A stretch of 38,276 bases of DNA from an uncultured Candidatus Saccharibacteria bacterium (GTDB lineage: Bacteria; Patescibacteriota; Minisyncoccia; Phycocordibacterales; UBA918). Where the stretch lies: contig CAYGOP010000002.1 of assembly GCA_964351645.1 (NCBI GenBank), positions 1 through 38,276 of the forward strand. Reading direction: 5' to 3'. Under the pieces are notes generated by a model. The model was given only the letters and a program-made list of their open reading frames with translations. It was not told where the DNA came from and searched no databases. Below, piece after piece: positions 8,243 through 17,834 of this stretch. Numbering within the stretch: position 1 is the first letter of the stretch; the number at the start of each line of letters is the position of its first letter. Position numbers and translations under genes: made by a program.

Positions 8243-9754
8243 CTATATATTGACTCGGTATTGGAGAGCCTCCAGAACGTGACTGGTCTCAATATCAGGA
8301 GTGTTGTCTAGGTCAGCTATTGTACGAGCGACCTTAATGAGGCGATGGTAACTGCGTGGAGAGAGATTCAGTTTTTGGCTAGATATTTTGAGTAAATCTT
8401 TTACTTCAGGTTTGAGATGAATATGCTCCTCAATCCCCTTAGCTGACAGCCCGCTATTGCTGATACTTCCCTGTCTGCGTGTTTGAATCTCACGTGCTTT
8501 CAGAATAGTATTTCGTGCTGGACCGGTTTCATCCACCTTGCTGGGAAGTGAGGTGAGGGTGTCGTAGGGTACGTGTGGAACCTCAATCCATAAATCGATA
8601 CGGTCGAGAATTGGTCCGGATACTTTATTTTTGTAGGTTTCCCGCATTGCCCTGGCTAAATCTGTCGTACCGTCTTCGCTTCCTCGATACGGATTGAGCG
8701 CTGCGACTAAGATAAAGTCAGCCGGAAATTCAGCGGTTCCTTGGACACGAGAAATACTCACTACTTTATCTTCAAGTGGTTGACGTAGAGCGTCTAGCGA
8801 ACGGCGTTCAAATTCAGGAAACTCATCCATAAACAACACTCCGTGGTGTGCCAGTGTTATTTCCCCAGGTTTTGGATTTGTACCTCCTCCAACTAAGGCA
8901 GTGTGAGAGGCAGTGTGATGAGGAGAGCGAAATGGTGGACGAGTGCTGATGGTGTACTCAGCATTGGAAAGAGAGTGGATTCTTGTGACAGCCAATGCTT
9001 CTTCTCGAGTAAGTGGTGGAAGCAGTGAACGTAAGGCTCGTGCTAACATCGTCTTTCCTGTACCGGGTGGCCCAACCAACATCACATTGTGTCTGCCTGC
9101 AGCTGCAATTAACAGTCCACGCTTTGCACTCTCCTGTCCTTTGATGTCCTCGAGATTAATAGTACTTTCAAACCAGTCCTCCTGTATTTGGGTGGGAGCT
9201 TGGCAAGCTAAAGCGGGAGTTTCTTCCGTGTTTTTTGGTGCGATGTGGTGAATTACTTCTTGCAAAGACGTGGCGGGAATTACTAAAATACCATCAATGA
9301 GAGCAGCCTCCTGAGCATTTTCTTTTGGTACGACAATTTCTACATACCCTGATTCTTTGGCGGTTTGGACACAGCTTAAAACTCCTTTAATTGGTCGGAG
9401 TGTTCCATCCAGACCAAGTTCACCGACGTAAATACGTCTCACTTCATCAGTTTGAATATCTCCGGCAGCGATTAAGTAAGCGATGGCAATTGGGAGGTCG
9501 AACAAAGGTCCCTCCTTCTTTAGGTCGGCTGGAGAAAGAGAAATAATTATTTTCTGATTTTTTGTTTTAGGGCTTTGCCAGCCAGAGTGTTTAATCGCGC
9601 TACTGACTCGGTCTTTTGATTCGTCGACTGCTTTCCCGGCTAAGCCGACAATAGAAAACGCGTGGAGACCACGCGAAATATCTACTTCAATAGTCACGAC
9701 AGTGCCGTGAAGAATGTGTGGCTGAACAGTTGAGATATTCGCTACATCATTCAT
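8243..9754 (-). CDS. comM: ComM/YifB Mg-chelatase-like AAA+ ATPase
   Basis: ADLKKEGPLFDLPIA, GELGLDG, GPPGTGKTMLA, PFRSPHH, GEITLAHHGVLFMDEFPEF, SPRSYHRLIKVARTIADL. Confidence 0.93.
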   Translation of the reverse strand: MNDVANISTVQPHILHGTVVTIEVDISRGLHAFSIVGLAGKAVDESKDRVSSAIKHSGWQSPKTKNQKIIISLSPADLKKEGPLFDLPIAIAYLIAAGDIQTDEVRRIYVGELGLDGTLRPIKGVLSCVQTAKESGYVEIVVPKENAQEAALIDGILVIPATSLQEVIHHIAPKNTEETPALACQAPTQIQEDWFESTINLEDIKGQESAKRGLLIAAAGRHNVMLVGPPGTGKTMLARALRSLLPPLTREEALAVTRIHSLSNAEYTISTRPPFRSPHHTASHTALVGGGTNPKPGEITLAHHGVLFMDEFPEFERRSLDALRQPLEDKVVSISRVQGTAEFPADFILVAALNPYRGSEDGTTDLARAMRETYKNKVSGPILDRIDLWIEVPHVPYDTLTSLPSKVDETGPARNTILKAREIQTRRQGSISNSGLSAKGIEEHIHLKPEVKDLLKISSQKLNLSPRSYHRLIKVARTIADLDNTPDIETSHVLEALQYRVNI

Positions 9755-9758
9755 GAGG

Positions 9759-10133
9759 CTAGGATGGGAGCTGATTCTCTTCTTCGCGGTGTGCAATGTT
9801 TGTGCGAGCGGATGGATTTGCTTCGAGTCGGTCTAGTTCTATTGGTTCTCCGCATATTTCACATACACCGAATGTGCCGGTTTCAAATTTAGCTAAAGCG
9901 CGCTTGATGTTCTTGTATTGAGTTTCAAGTTGTACCATTAAAGCCCTTCGCACTTCCCATTCTTCGACCGCATCAGCTTCTTCATTTTCATCTGCTGTTT
10001 GCAAATCTTTTGCGACTGGTACAGCTACCCAGTCATCGGTCGCCTCATTGTGTGACGCAATACCTGATAGTTCAGCTGTTATTTTTTGTAGTTCGGTTTC
10101 TAGTAGTGATTTAAAATGTACGTTTGATTCCAT
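9759..10133 (-). CDS. DksA/TraR family protein, two-Cys variant
   Basis: Coiled coil followed by IKRALAKFETGTFGVCEICGEPIELDRLEANPSART. Confidence 0.85.
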   Translation of the reverse strand: MESNVHFKSLLETELQKITAELSGIASHNEATDDWVAVPVAKDLQTADENEEADAVEEWEVRRALMVQLETQYKNIKRALAKFETGTFGVCEICGEPIELDRLEANPSARTNIAHREEENQLPS

Positions 10134-10150
10134 AACAGATATATTAAGAA

Positions 10151-11863
10151 TTATTGAGTAAAGCTCGTTTCTACTACTTGTGAGAAGTCTTCCAAGCTAC
10201 TTGATATTAGAGCGGTATTTTCATTCACGATTCCGTATACGATGAGAGTTTGTCCGGTTTCAGATAAGAGTACACGGACGTCGATACCGCCAACCGTTTG
10301 ATCAGTAAATGAATAATCGTTCTGCAATGGGATTGAATAAAAAGACTGTAAGTCTTCTGGCATATTTGTTTCCCAGGCTAAGAATCCTCCCCGCACGGTT
10401 GGTTCATCCACAAACTCAAATACAAAGAGAGGTTTTGATTGATTGAGGTGCACAAAACTTACGTCGGTAAGAGATTGTCGGAAGTTTGCTTGTATATCAA
10501 ACTGTAGGAGTTCAATAACTAATGCTGGTGATACTAGGTTACCGTTTTGCGAGTAAATATGAGAATCACTCAAGCCGTACTCCTCCCCGCTGACTGATTG
10601 GTTGATAAGGTTCGTAAGTGATTGATTTTCTTGCAGGGTAAGATTTTTTGTCTGTGCCCCTGAAATTGTTTTGTTTGACTCGAAAGGAGCTGGAGTGCTC
10701 TGTGTTGGAGTAAAGAGGCCGAGGGTAAATTGAATAAAGACTACTAGTAGCGCAATTGCTCCAATCAGCACAACAAACATGATAGCTAGTGTGTTTGTAT
10801 CGAAGCGATTAATTCCTGTTCGTTCCACAACAGGTGCGTCTGTTTCAAAATCCTCTTTTTCCTCTGTTTCAAAAATCTGCACCGGAACGTCCTGAGGAGC
10901 ATCCTCGGAGTTGACTGGTACTGTTTCAGGGGTAACGTTCTCTTCTTCTACGATAGCTTCGGGAATCGTTTCAATTTCTGGAGTGACTTCCTGAGCCACT
11001 CTTTCTTCTCGTGGTGGAGCCACTTCAATTGTTCGTTGCTTTTTATATTCGATAGTTACATTCTTTGGAGTGGTGTGTGCGACTGCTGTCATTTCAGCCA
11101 CTTCAGCAACATCAGGCTCTTCTAGTAGTTCGTATCCTGTTTCAGTAAATGGGCTCCAGGTTGTTTCTGGTTCGTGTGCTGCTGCTAAACGAGCTTTCTC
11201 TTCTTCTTCTTCAGCTCGTATCTTTCGCTGTCGAATTTTTTCTTTTAGTTCAGTGTTTTCAGCAGTAAACATGCTTCCAGTTTTTGAGGTAGCCTTTTGA
11301 ATGACGCCTTTGCGACGGCTGGCATCTGGTACTGAATACGTTGGAGTAGCTTTCTTTCGGGGTTTTACCAACCCCGCAAACCATCCTCGTAAGGATTTTG
11401 CGATAGCTGGGAACAAGTGGAATTGTTTTTTCTTTGTGTCAGTAATGACTTTTGCGTCGTATCCAATGTTTACTCGGGGCGCGTTTTGTATGGCAGAGGA
11501 CTTTTTTCCAATCACCTTCGTTGGGATTGGTTTCGCTATTTGTTGAGTTTCAGTATTTTTTTGGATAGCAGCTACTGCATCCTGCAGTTCGTGAAAGGCT
11601 GGGATTTTGGTAGGTTCAGGTGTTGGAGCAACTGGAATAACCTCAACAACTGGTTTCACTTCTGGAGTTGGGGGAACTTCTTTTTTAGGTTCAGGTTTTC
11701 GGGTGACAGTTTCACTTGGTCCTTTTGCCATTTGAATAACCTCGGGCTCAGATTTTTGACTAGAAGTGACAACTGGTTTTTCACCACGTTTTTCACGCTG
11801 GGCGTTGAGGTCTTGCGCAAAAGTGCGGATTTTTGATTGGGTTTTTTTCGGAGCGTCTGGCAT
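10151..11863 (-). CDS. Hypothetical bitopic membrane protein with a long low-complexity P/E/K/T-rich N-terminal region
   Basis: 570-aa ORF with a single TM (LAIMFVVLIGAIALLVVFIQFTLGLF) and a folded-looking C-terminal domain. Confidence 0.75.
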   Translation of the reverse strand: MPDAPKKTQSKIRTFAQDLNAQREKRGEKPVVTSSQKSEPEVIQMAKGPSETVTRKPEPKKEVPPTPEVKPVVEVIPVAPTPEPTKIPAFHELQDAVAAIQKNTETQQIAKPIPTKVIGKKSSAIQNAPRVNIGYDAKVITDTKKKQFHLFPAIAKSLRGWFAGLVKPRKKATPTYSVPDASRRKGVIQKATSKTGSMFTAENTELKEKIRQRKIRAEEEEEKARLAAAHEPETTWSPFTETGYELLEEPDVAEVAEMTAVAHTTPKNVTIEYKKQRTIEVAPPREERVAQEVTPEIETIPEAIVEEENVTPETVPVNSEDAPQDVPVQIFETEEKEDFETDAPVVERTGINRFDTNTLAIMFVVLIGAIALLVVFIQFTLGLFTPTQSTPAPFESNKTISGAQTKNLTLQENQSLTNLINQSVSGEEYGLSDSHIYSQNGNLVSPALVIELLQFDIQANFRQSLTDVSFVHLNQSKPLFVFEFVDEPTVRGGFLAWETNMPEDLQSFYSIPLQNDYSFTDQTVGGIDVRVLLSETGQTLIVYGIVNENTALISSSLEDFSQVVETSFTQ

Positions 11864-11916
11864 TGCTATTAGTATCGCATGAATTCTTAATAAATGCGGC
11901 TAGTTTTTCACCGAAT

Positions 11917-14043
11917 TTACTCTTTTGGTTGGGGCCCAAACCCTCGGTTTTTTGCAAAATCTGGGTCGATTTGTTTAATTGAAAGGCCGATTTTACCATC
12001 TTCCACCTTAGAAACAACTACCGGAACCACCTCCCCTTCTTTTAAAAGCCCCTCCACTGTTTCAATTCTAAATGGTGCTACTTCGGAAATATGGATAAGT
12101 CCTTCGTTGTGAGCATCTAGTTTAGCAAATGCGCCAAAGGTCGTTAGTTTCACAATTGTTACATCAAGCTTTTCTCCCACCTCGTATACTTTGGTGAGGA
12201 GTCGGATACGTTCTGCTGCAACTTCAGCTGTACCGTTTTTACCGGTAATAAAGACAGTGCCGTCTTCTTCAATATTTATTTCTTCCACACCAGTGTCGTC
12301 TTTGATGCCGTTGATGGTCTTTCCGCCACCACCAATCACTAAACCAATTTGTTCAGGGCGGATTTGTAACACAATAATTTGTGGCGCGCGCGGGGAAATA
12401 GTTGCTCTGGGCTGTGCGATTTCGGCAGTCATTGTTTCTAGTATGTGGAGTCGAGCAACTCGTGCTTTTTCTAAAGCCTCAGTCAGAATGTGTAGCGGTA
12501 CTCCGTCCACTTTTACATCCATTTGAATTGCCGTCACACCTTCAGTTGTTCCAGCGACTTTAAAGTCCATGTCGCCAAATTCATCTTCGGGTCCTTGGAT
12601 GTCAGTGAGTACTGCGTACTTGTCTCCCGCAATCATCACACCTGAGGCAATGCCTGCTACCGGTCGAGTAATAGGCACTCCCCCGTCCATCAACGCGAGA
12701 ATTGAACCACAGACTGAGCCCATTGAGCTGGAGCCATTACTTGAGAGTGTTTCTGAAACCAGTCGAATGGTGTACGGGAATTCTGACTGTGGCGGAATGA
12801 CTGGTAGCAATGCTTTTTCTGCCAGTGCCCCATGACCAATCATCCGCCGGTTGAAGCCACCAACTCGGCCTGTTTCACCGACTGAAAACGGTGGGAAGTT
12901 GTAATGATGAATGAATCGCTTTTTGTAATCTTGTGATTCGATTGAATCAATTAGCTGAGCTGAGTCTGGTCCGCCAAGCGTGAGGGCTGAAAAGATGTGT
13001 GTGCCGCCACGATAAAAAATACCTGAACCGTGCAGTACCGGAGAAACTCCACCGGCTTGAGCAAACAGTTCTCGCACATCGTCCATGCCTCGTCCGTCAG
13101 CTCGTTTGTTTTCCTCGATAGCTCCACGATGTAATTCCTCATCAATTTTTTCTTCGAAGTACTCACTGGCAATACTTTCATCGAGCTCAGCTTCCGTAAC
13201 TGCAATCAAAAAATCTTTTTTCACTTCATATATATGTTCTTTTCCAGCAGTGTTTGAAAAAAGCGTTTGAGAAAGTTTTTCTTGAAAACTATTTTCAAAT
13301 AAAGCACTCAGCTCGGTAGGAATTTCGACAGTTGGTTCTGGTTGTTTTTCTCTTCCGAGTTGTGCAACAATTTCCTTTTGCCAATTCTCTAGTTGTTGGT
13401 GAATTGCTACTGATGCTTCAAGGGTGGAGGTGATGGCAGTTTCACTAATTTCACATGCTGCTGTTTCTACCATGTTAATGGTTTGGTCTTTCCCACACGC
13501 CAGCACTTCAAAATCAAGTAGGCCTTCGGCTCGGTCTATGTACGATGGATTGATGATAATTTCTTGCGTCTCTTTATTGCGACCAATGCGAACCGCTCCC
13601 ACTGGTCCGCGCCACGGGATGTCTGAGACAGCGAGTGCTAGTGATGCTCCGATGACTCCTAATACATCCGGGTCTTCATCACCCATCGCCAGAACATTTA
13701 CAACCACCTGTACATCACGACGGATGTGTTGATTGAAGAGTGGCCGAATGGTTCGGTCGATAATTCGTGCCGAGAGAATTGCCTCATCACTCGGCCGCCC
13801 TTCCCGTCGCATAAATCGGCTCCCAAGAATTTTTCCGGCTGCGTAAAACTTTTCTTCAAATTCTACTGACAGTGGAAAATAATTCATGCCAGTGTTTTCA
13901 CGATTGCTCATGACGGCAGTCACTAAAATAGTTGTCTCTCCGTATTTTAAAAGTACAGAACCATTCGCCTGTTCGGTGAGGTTAGAAAATTCTGCAGTCA
14001 GTGTTTTGCCGGCAAGTTCAGTGGTAAAGGTTTGGGTTTTCAT
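11917..14043 (-). CDS. pnp: Polyribonucleotide nucleotidyltransferase (PNPase)
   Basis: FMRREGRPS, IDRTIRPLF, HHYNFPPFSVGE, SNGSSSMGS, GDMDFKVAGT, KH domain (IGGGGKTI), S1 domain (GLIHISE). Confidence 0.98.
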   Translation of the reverse strand: MKTQTFTTELAGKTLTAEFSNLTEQANGSVLLKYGETTILVTAVMSNRENTGMNYFPLSVEFEEKFYAAGKILGSRFMRREGRPSDEAILSARIIDRTIRPLFNQHIRRDVQVVVNVLAMGDEDPDVLGVIGASLALAVSDIPWRGPVGAVRIGRNKETQEIIINPSYIDRAEGLLDFEVLACGKDQTINMVETAACEISETAITSTLEASVAIHQQLENWQKEIVAQLGREKQPEPTVEIPTELSALFENSFQEKLSQTLFSNTAGKEHIYEVKKDFLIAVTEAELDESIASEYFEEKIDEELHRGAIEENKRADGRGMDDVRELFAQAGGVSPVLHGSGIFYRGGTHIFSALTLGGPDSAQLIDSIESQDYKKRFIHHYNFPPFSVGETGRVGGFNRRMIGHGALAEKALLPVIPPQSEFPYTIRLVSETLSSNGSSSMGSVCGSILALMDGGVPITRPVAGIASGVMIAGDKYAVLTDIQGPEDEFGDMDFKVAGTTEGVTAIQMDVKVDGVPLHILTEALEKARVARLHILETMTAEIAQPRATISPRAPQIIVLQIRPEQIGLVIGGGGKTINGIKDDTGVEEINIEEDGTVFITGKNGTAEVAAERIRLLTKVYEVGEKLDVTIVKLTTFGAFAKLDAHNEGLIHISEVAPFRIETVEGLLKEGEVVPVVVSKVEDGKIGLSIKQIDPDFAKNRGFGPQPKE

Positions 14044-14061
14044 TTTGGTTTATTTACTGAT

Positions 14062-14121
14062 GAGTCGAGTGTGATGAGACATTTCATTTCAGACATGAAA
14101 TATCCTGGTCACACTAAACTC
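14062..14121 (-). promoter_or_regulatory. Long hairpin in the pnp 5' leader (candidate RNase III site)
   Basis: GAGT-AGTGTGA-GGATATTTCAT / ATGAAATGTCT-TCACACT-ACTC, about 22 bp with small internal loops, ending 18 nt before the ATG. Confidence 0.7.
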
Positions 14122-14143
14122 CGAATAACAGATTGAGAATAGC

Positions 14144-14184
14144 AAAAACCCGCGGTAATCACAAAGTGATTACCGCGGGTTTTT
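14144..14184. terminator. Terminator after the NYN gene
   Basis: AAAAACCCGCGGTAATC-N7-GATTACCGCGGGTTTTT. Confidence 0.9.
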
Positions 14185-14192
14185 ATCTTGTT

Positions 14193-14822
14193 TTACAAAT
14201 CGTCGGTATCCGTACCAACAACCTTACTGATTGATTCTTTCAAGTCGGACTTCCCTTTTGAGGGTGGAGAATTCTTTCGTCCATTCTTCTTGTTGTTGTT
14301 GGCTTTTCGAGTTGGACGATAGCCAATGAGGAATTTCTTTGGGTCGTCGTCCATGTCGATAAAGTCATCGAGGACTGCTCGTAAGCCAGAAGAAGATGAA
14401 CGACCAAAGGTGATTGCTTCTACTTGGCAACCGAGACTTTTGACATACTCAACACAAGGAATGAAGTCGCCATCGCCGGTAGCAAGGACAACCGCATCTA
14501 CTTTGTGAGCAGCTTTAATAGCATCAACTGCCATTCCCACGTCCCAGTCGGCTTTCTTTGCTCCTCCGTAAAAGATTTGTAAATCTTTGGTTTTGATTTC
14601 AATTCCCAGCTTCTCCATTGCTTCAAAGAAAGCGGACTCTTCTCCACCTTCGGTGTTTACCACGTATGAAACAGCGCGGATGAGCTTTCGACCTTGTACT
14701 GCTGCTTCGACTACAGCGCCGAAGTTTACTTTTGATTTGTATAAATTTTTTGCACTGTGATACAGATTTTGTGTATCAATGATGACCGCGACTCGTTGGT
14801 CGGGGTGTCGGATTACTCCCAT
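14193..14822 (-). CDS. NYN-domain (LabA/DUF88, PIN-like) putative RNase
   Basis: VIIDTQNLY, KADWDVGMAVD, LATGDGDFIP, plus a basic low-complexity tail. Confidence 0.9.
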   Translation of the reverse strand: MGVIRHPDQRVAVIIDTQNLYHSAKNLYKSKVNFGAVVEAAVQGRKLIRAVSYVVNTEGGEESAFFEAMEKLGIEIKTKDLQIFYGGAKKADWDVGMAVDAIKAAHKVDAVVLATGDGDFIPCVEYVKSLGCQVEAITFGRSSSSGLRAVLDDFIDMDDDPKKFLIGYRPTRKANNNKKNGRKNSPPSKGKSDLKESISKVVGTDTDDL

Positions 14823-14922
14823 ATATTTTGAATTATTTAAAAATTAGTTTTTGAGAAACGTGTTTCTCTTTTATGTAAAACCTCCGTATACCAACTATAG
14901 CAAAGCTATGACGGGAAACAAA

Positions 14923-14949
14923 CAATCGCTTCCAGACTGGAAGCGATTG
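14923..14949 (-). terminator. Terminator after rpsO
   Basis: CAATCGCTTCC-N5-GGAAGCGATTG followed by TTTGTTT on the minus strand. Confidence 0.75.
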
Positions 14950-14967
14950 AATGTGAAACCGGTAAAC

Positions 14968-15234
14968 TTATCGTTTAAGGCCAAGTTTCTTGATGAGCGC
15001 CTCGTAGGCCTTTTCATCTTTCCGAGCCAAGTACTTCAGGTGCTTGCGGCGATCTGCCACCATCTGAAGGAGACCTCGCCGTGAGTGAAAATCTTTCTTG
15101 TGCTTCCGAAGATGCTGAGAGAGTTCTTCAATTGAACGAGTCAACAGTGCAACTTGAGCTTCTGGTGAACCAGTGTCAGAGTCGTGTCGTTGAGTCTTTT
15201 TGACTTCGTTTTCTTTAATTCGCTTAGATAGCAT
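14968..15234 (-). CDS. rpsO: 30S ribosomal protein S15
   Basis: [36 protein letters not shown]. Confidence 0.98.
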   Translation of the reverse strand: MLSKRIKENEVKKTQRHDSDTGSPEAQVALLTRSIEELSQHLRKHKKDFHSRRGLLQMVADRRKHLKYLARKDEKAYEALIKKLGLKR

Positions 15235-15330
15235 AGGTTTAAAATTAGTTACGCAAGAAGTAGTGTAGATATCCGCTGTTCAACATGAGTGCGGCACCAC
15301 CATAGTGCGGTCGATAACCTGCGAAGGTTC
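15235..15330 (-). promoter_or_regulatory. Structured rpsO 5' leader (candidate S15 autoregulatory RNA) behind a TTGATT-16-TATGAT promoter
   Basis: Stems CGCAGG/CTTGCG enclosing GCACTA/TGGTGC and CCGC/GCGG. Confidence 0.5.
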
Positions 15331-15416
15331 CTGCTATCATAGCATAATTATCTAAAAAATCAAGGTTCTCAAGAAGCTGTGTAACAACGTTTCGAAATTG
15401 GTATACTTGTTTCCAT

Positions 15417-16328
15417 ATGCAGCTTGTGGAACTCAAAACCCAATTTTTGGAGTACTTAGAAATCGAACGGGGTAGGAGTGTGAAGACCGTTGAAAACTAT
15501 GATCGGTACCTCACCCGCTTCCTTGAATTCTCTAAAGCTAAGAAACCGAGCGACTTAACTGAGGAACAAGTGAGAACGTTTCGACTTCATCTTAATCGTC
15601 AGCCAGGAACCAAAGTCGGTGGTCGGGTTGAACCCATGAAACGTCGTACACAAAATTACTACCTCATCGCTGTGCGAGCGTTTCTCAAGTATTTACGAAA
15701 GCGGGGTGTCGAGTCTTTGAACCCTGAACGGATTGAGTTAGCAAAAGTTCCCGAGCGGTCACTTGATTTGATTTCAGCAAACGAACTAAAGCGACTCATG
15801 AGTGCTCCTGATGTGAAGACACTGGAGGGAAAAAGAGATAAAGCAATCTTAGAATTATTTTTCTCAACTGGGTTGCGTATCTCCGAACTGACTGGCCTGT
15901 CGATTGATGATGTGGATTTAACTCGTGATGAATTTTCAGTGCGCGGAAAAGGTGACAAGGTGCGAGTGGTCTTTCTCTCGGATACAGCCAAAGACTGCAT
16001 TCAAGAGTATCTAAAAAATCGAAAGGATTTGGATGATGCATTGTTTGTGCGTTACGGACGGAAAGCAAATGATGGAGGTGAGCTCAGGCTCTCCCCTCGA
16101 GCTGTGCAACGTCTCTTAAAAAAATATGCAGCGATGGCGGGTATCACCCGCAAAGTTACTCCGCACGTTCTGCGTCACAGCTTCGCGACTGACTTACTCC
16201 AAAATGGAGCAGACCTTCGTTCAGTGCAGGCACTCCTTGGTCACGCCAACATCGCGACTACTCAGGTGTATACTCATGTGACCGACAAACATTTACGAGA
16301 AGTACATAAAAAATTCCATGGAAAATAA
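15417..16328 (+). CDS. XerC/XerD-family tyrosine recombinase
   Basis: TGLRISEL, VRGKGDK, TPHVLRHSFAT, LLGHANIATTQVYTH (R-K-H-R-H-Y). Full length with an N-terminal SAM-like domain. Confidence 0.93.
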   Translation: MQLVELKTQFLEYLEIERGRSVKTVENYDRYLTRFLEFSKAKKPSDLTEEQVRTFRLHLNRQPGTKVGGRVEPMKRRTQNYYLIAVRAFLKYLRKRGVESLNPERIELAKVPERSLDLISANELKRLMSAPDVKTLEGKRDKAILELFFSTGLRISELTGLSIDDVDLTRDEFSVRGKGDKVRVVFLSDTAKDCIQEYLKNRKDLDDALFVRYGRKANDGGELRLSPRAVQRLLKKYAAMAGITRKVTPHVLRHSFATDLLQNGADLRSVQALLGHANIATTQVYTHVTDKHLREVHKKFHGK

Positions 16329-17283
16329 CTCAACCTCACTTACAGTCATTCCAAAAAAGTTTTTGCTCTTGGTCTATCTTGTACTCCCGGTTTTATTTTG
16401 TGTGTTTTTGGCTGACGTGTATTTTTTTGATTCAGCTCTTTTGCCGTACATGGGTCTCACCTCAATGGTGTTGCCTCTGTACTTATTATTCTTTGAGCTC
16501 CCCCATATTATTGCCAGCTTCTTTGGATTTGCTGATAAAGAATATTTTACCCATTATAAAAAACATCTCCTTTTCTTTTTACCACTGATACTTATCGCTA
16601 CTTCCATTTTGCTCTATGTGAACTTCTCTCTGGGGGTGACTTTGTATTTAGTGGGAACTGTTTGGCATGGTCTCAAACAACAGACTGGTATTGCACTTAT
16701 TCTGGGTGCTCGACCAGGTTGGGTGCATACTGCGTGGACACTGATTCCGGTTGTGATTACTAGCTTGGCGTATGTGTATTATATTGTGCCTGAAGTATTC
16801 CCGGCTCAGCTGGTTCCGCTTATCTCCCCGATTATTTTGTTAGGAATTGTTTCTTTGTTGATAATAACCAGTATCAAAATGTGGCAATCAGTTCCGAAGG
16901 TGAGACTGTATGTTTTGTGTGTGTCTTCCCTCTTTTTCTTTAGCTACATTTTTATTCTTTCCGGCTACATCTTCTTGGCATTTTTTGCCGTCCGGTTTAT
17001 TCATGACTTAAGTGCGTTTGCGTTTTATGCGACTCATGATCAAAACCGAAATGTGTCTGAAAGAAAAAATTATCTCTATAAACTCTTTTCCTTGGTGCCG
17101 TTGCCGGTACTTGTTCTCACGCCTGTCTTAGCGGTTGGATTCGCCTACCTTACTCGAATCAGTACAGATGGTTTAGCGATTGGTTACGTCGCCTTGGTAT
17201 TGATGGGTATGTCTCATTACTATCTCGAGAGTATTATGTGGAAGCGCGACACACCCCATCGAAAATATATTTCAGTTCAGTAG
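16318..17283 (+). CDS. Polytopic membrane protein with four spaced His motifs (possible membrane metalloenzyme)
   Basis: About 9 TM segments with LPHIIAS, WHGLKQQ, RFIHD and SHYYLE motifs. Overlaps the xer stop by 11 nt. Confidence 0.7.
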   Translation: MENNSTSLTVIPKKFLLLVYLVLPVLFCVFLADVYFFDSALLPYMGLTSMVLPLYLLFFELPHIIASFFGFADKEYFTHYKKHLLFFLPLILIATSILLYVNFSLGVTLYLVGTVWHGLKQQTGIALILGARPGWVHTAWTLIPVVITSLAYVYYIVPEVFPAQLVPLISPIILLGIVSLLIITSIKMWQSVPKVRLYVLCVSSLFFFSYIFILSGYIFLAFFAVRFIHDLSAFAFYATHDQNRNVSERKNYLYKLFSLVPLPVLVLTPVLAVGFAYLTRISTDGLAIGYVALVLMGMSHYYLESIMWKRDTPHRKYISVQ

Positions 17284-17301
17284 TGGTCTCTATAAAAAAT
17301 G

Positions 17302-17325
17302 CACCCCAGCGCGAACGCTGGGGTG
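17302..17325. terminator. Terminator between convergent genes
   Basis: CACCCCAGCG-CGAA-CGCTGGGGTG with an A-tract on the left side. Confidence 0.8.
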
Positions 17326-17333
17326 AAGTATTT

Positions 17334-17666
17334 TCAGGTGAGCGCGTCGGCACACCCTTGGTCGATGGCCCGAGTCAGGCTCGAGTTTGCACCTGCAGGA
17401 TACACGGCCCAACCAGCTTCTTTGACGCCATCACGGCGCCTGAAGGAAGTCAAAGCCAAGACTTCAGCCAGTCCGGCCTCGTCGGCCTGAGCGTTTGCCA
17501 CGCATAGTGGTACCAGGGCCGCAACGGTGGCATCGGTGGCTGCTTTTTGAGCTTGCTCTGCTGCACTTCCTCCGGAGACGAATCCGAATCCAAATGACAG
17601 TAGTGCCATGCCGACGACGACACCGCCGATAAACGGCCAAGCCCACAGTTTCAGTTTGTCTATCAT
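17334..17666 (-). CDS. Small membrane-anchored hypothetical protein with two Cys, GC-rich
   Basis: N-terminal TM, VAALVPLCVA, GWA and GCADAL motifs. SD-like GGAAGGGAAG. Start MIDKLK. Confidence 0.75.
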   Translation of the reverse strand: MIDKLKLWAWPFIGGVVVGMALLSFGFGFVSGGSAAEQAQKAATDATVAALVPLCVANAQADEAGLAEVLALTSFRRRDGVKEAGWAVYPAGANSSLTRAIDQGCADALT

Positions 17667-17790
17667 CGTACTCTTCCCTTCCAAAGTGAAGCTGCCAGGA
17701 TAGGAGCTTCTAATATTTGAGTATACCTAAATGAGAAATAAAATCTCTTGCTCTTTTGAGTTAGTCTGGCGTATGTATATTTTGCTAAAT

Positions 17791-17825
17791 AAAAACCGCG
17801 CAACCATCTAGGCTGCGCGGTTTTT
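17791..17825. terminator. Terminator after the M14 pair
   Basis: AAAAACCGCGCA-N11-TGCGCGGTTTTT. Confidence 0.8.
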
Positions 17826-17834
17826 ATTTTCCCT

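Noticed and set aside
15417-16328. Integron integrase or prophage integrase
   Set aside because: No IntI-specific insertion is evident, no attC array or phage genes are present, and length and motifs fit a housekeeping Xer. No dif-like site was recognised.
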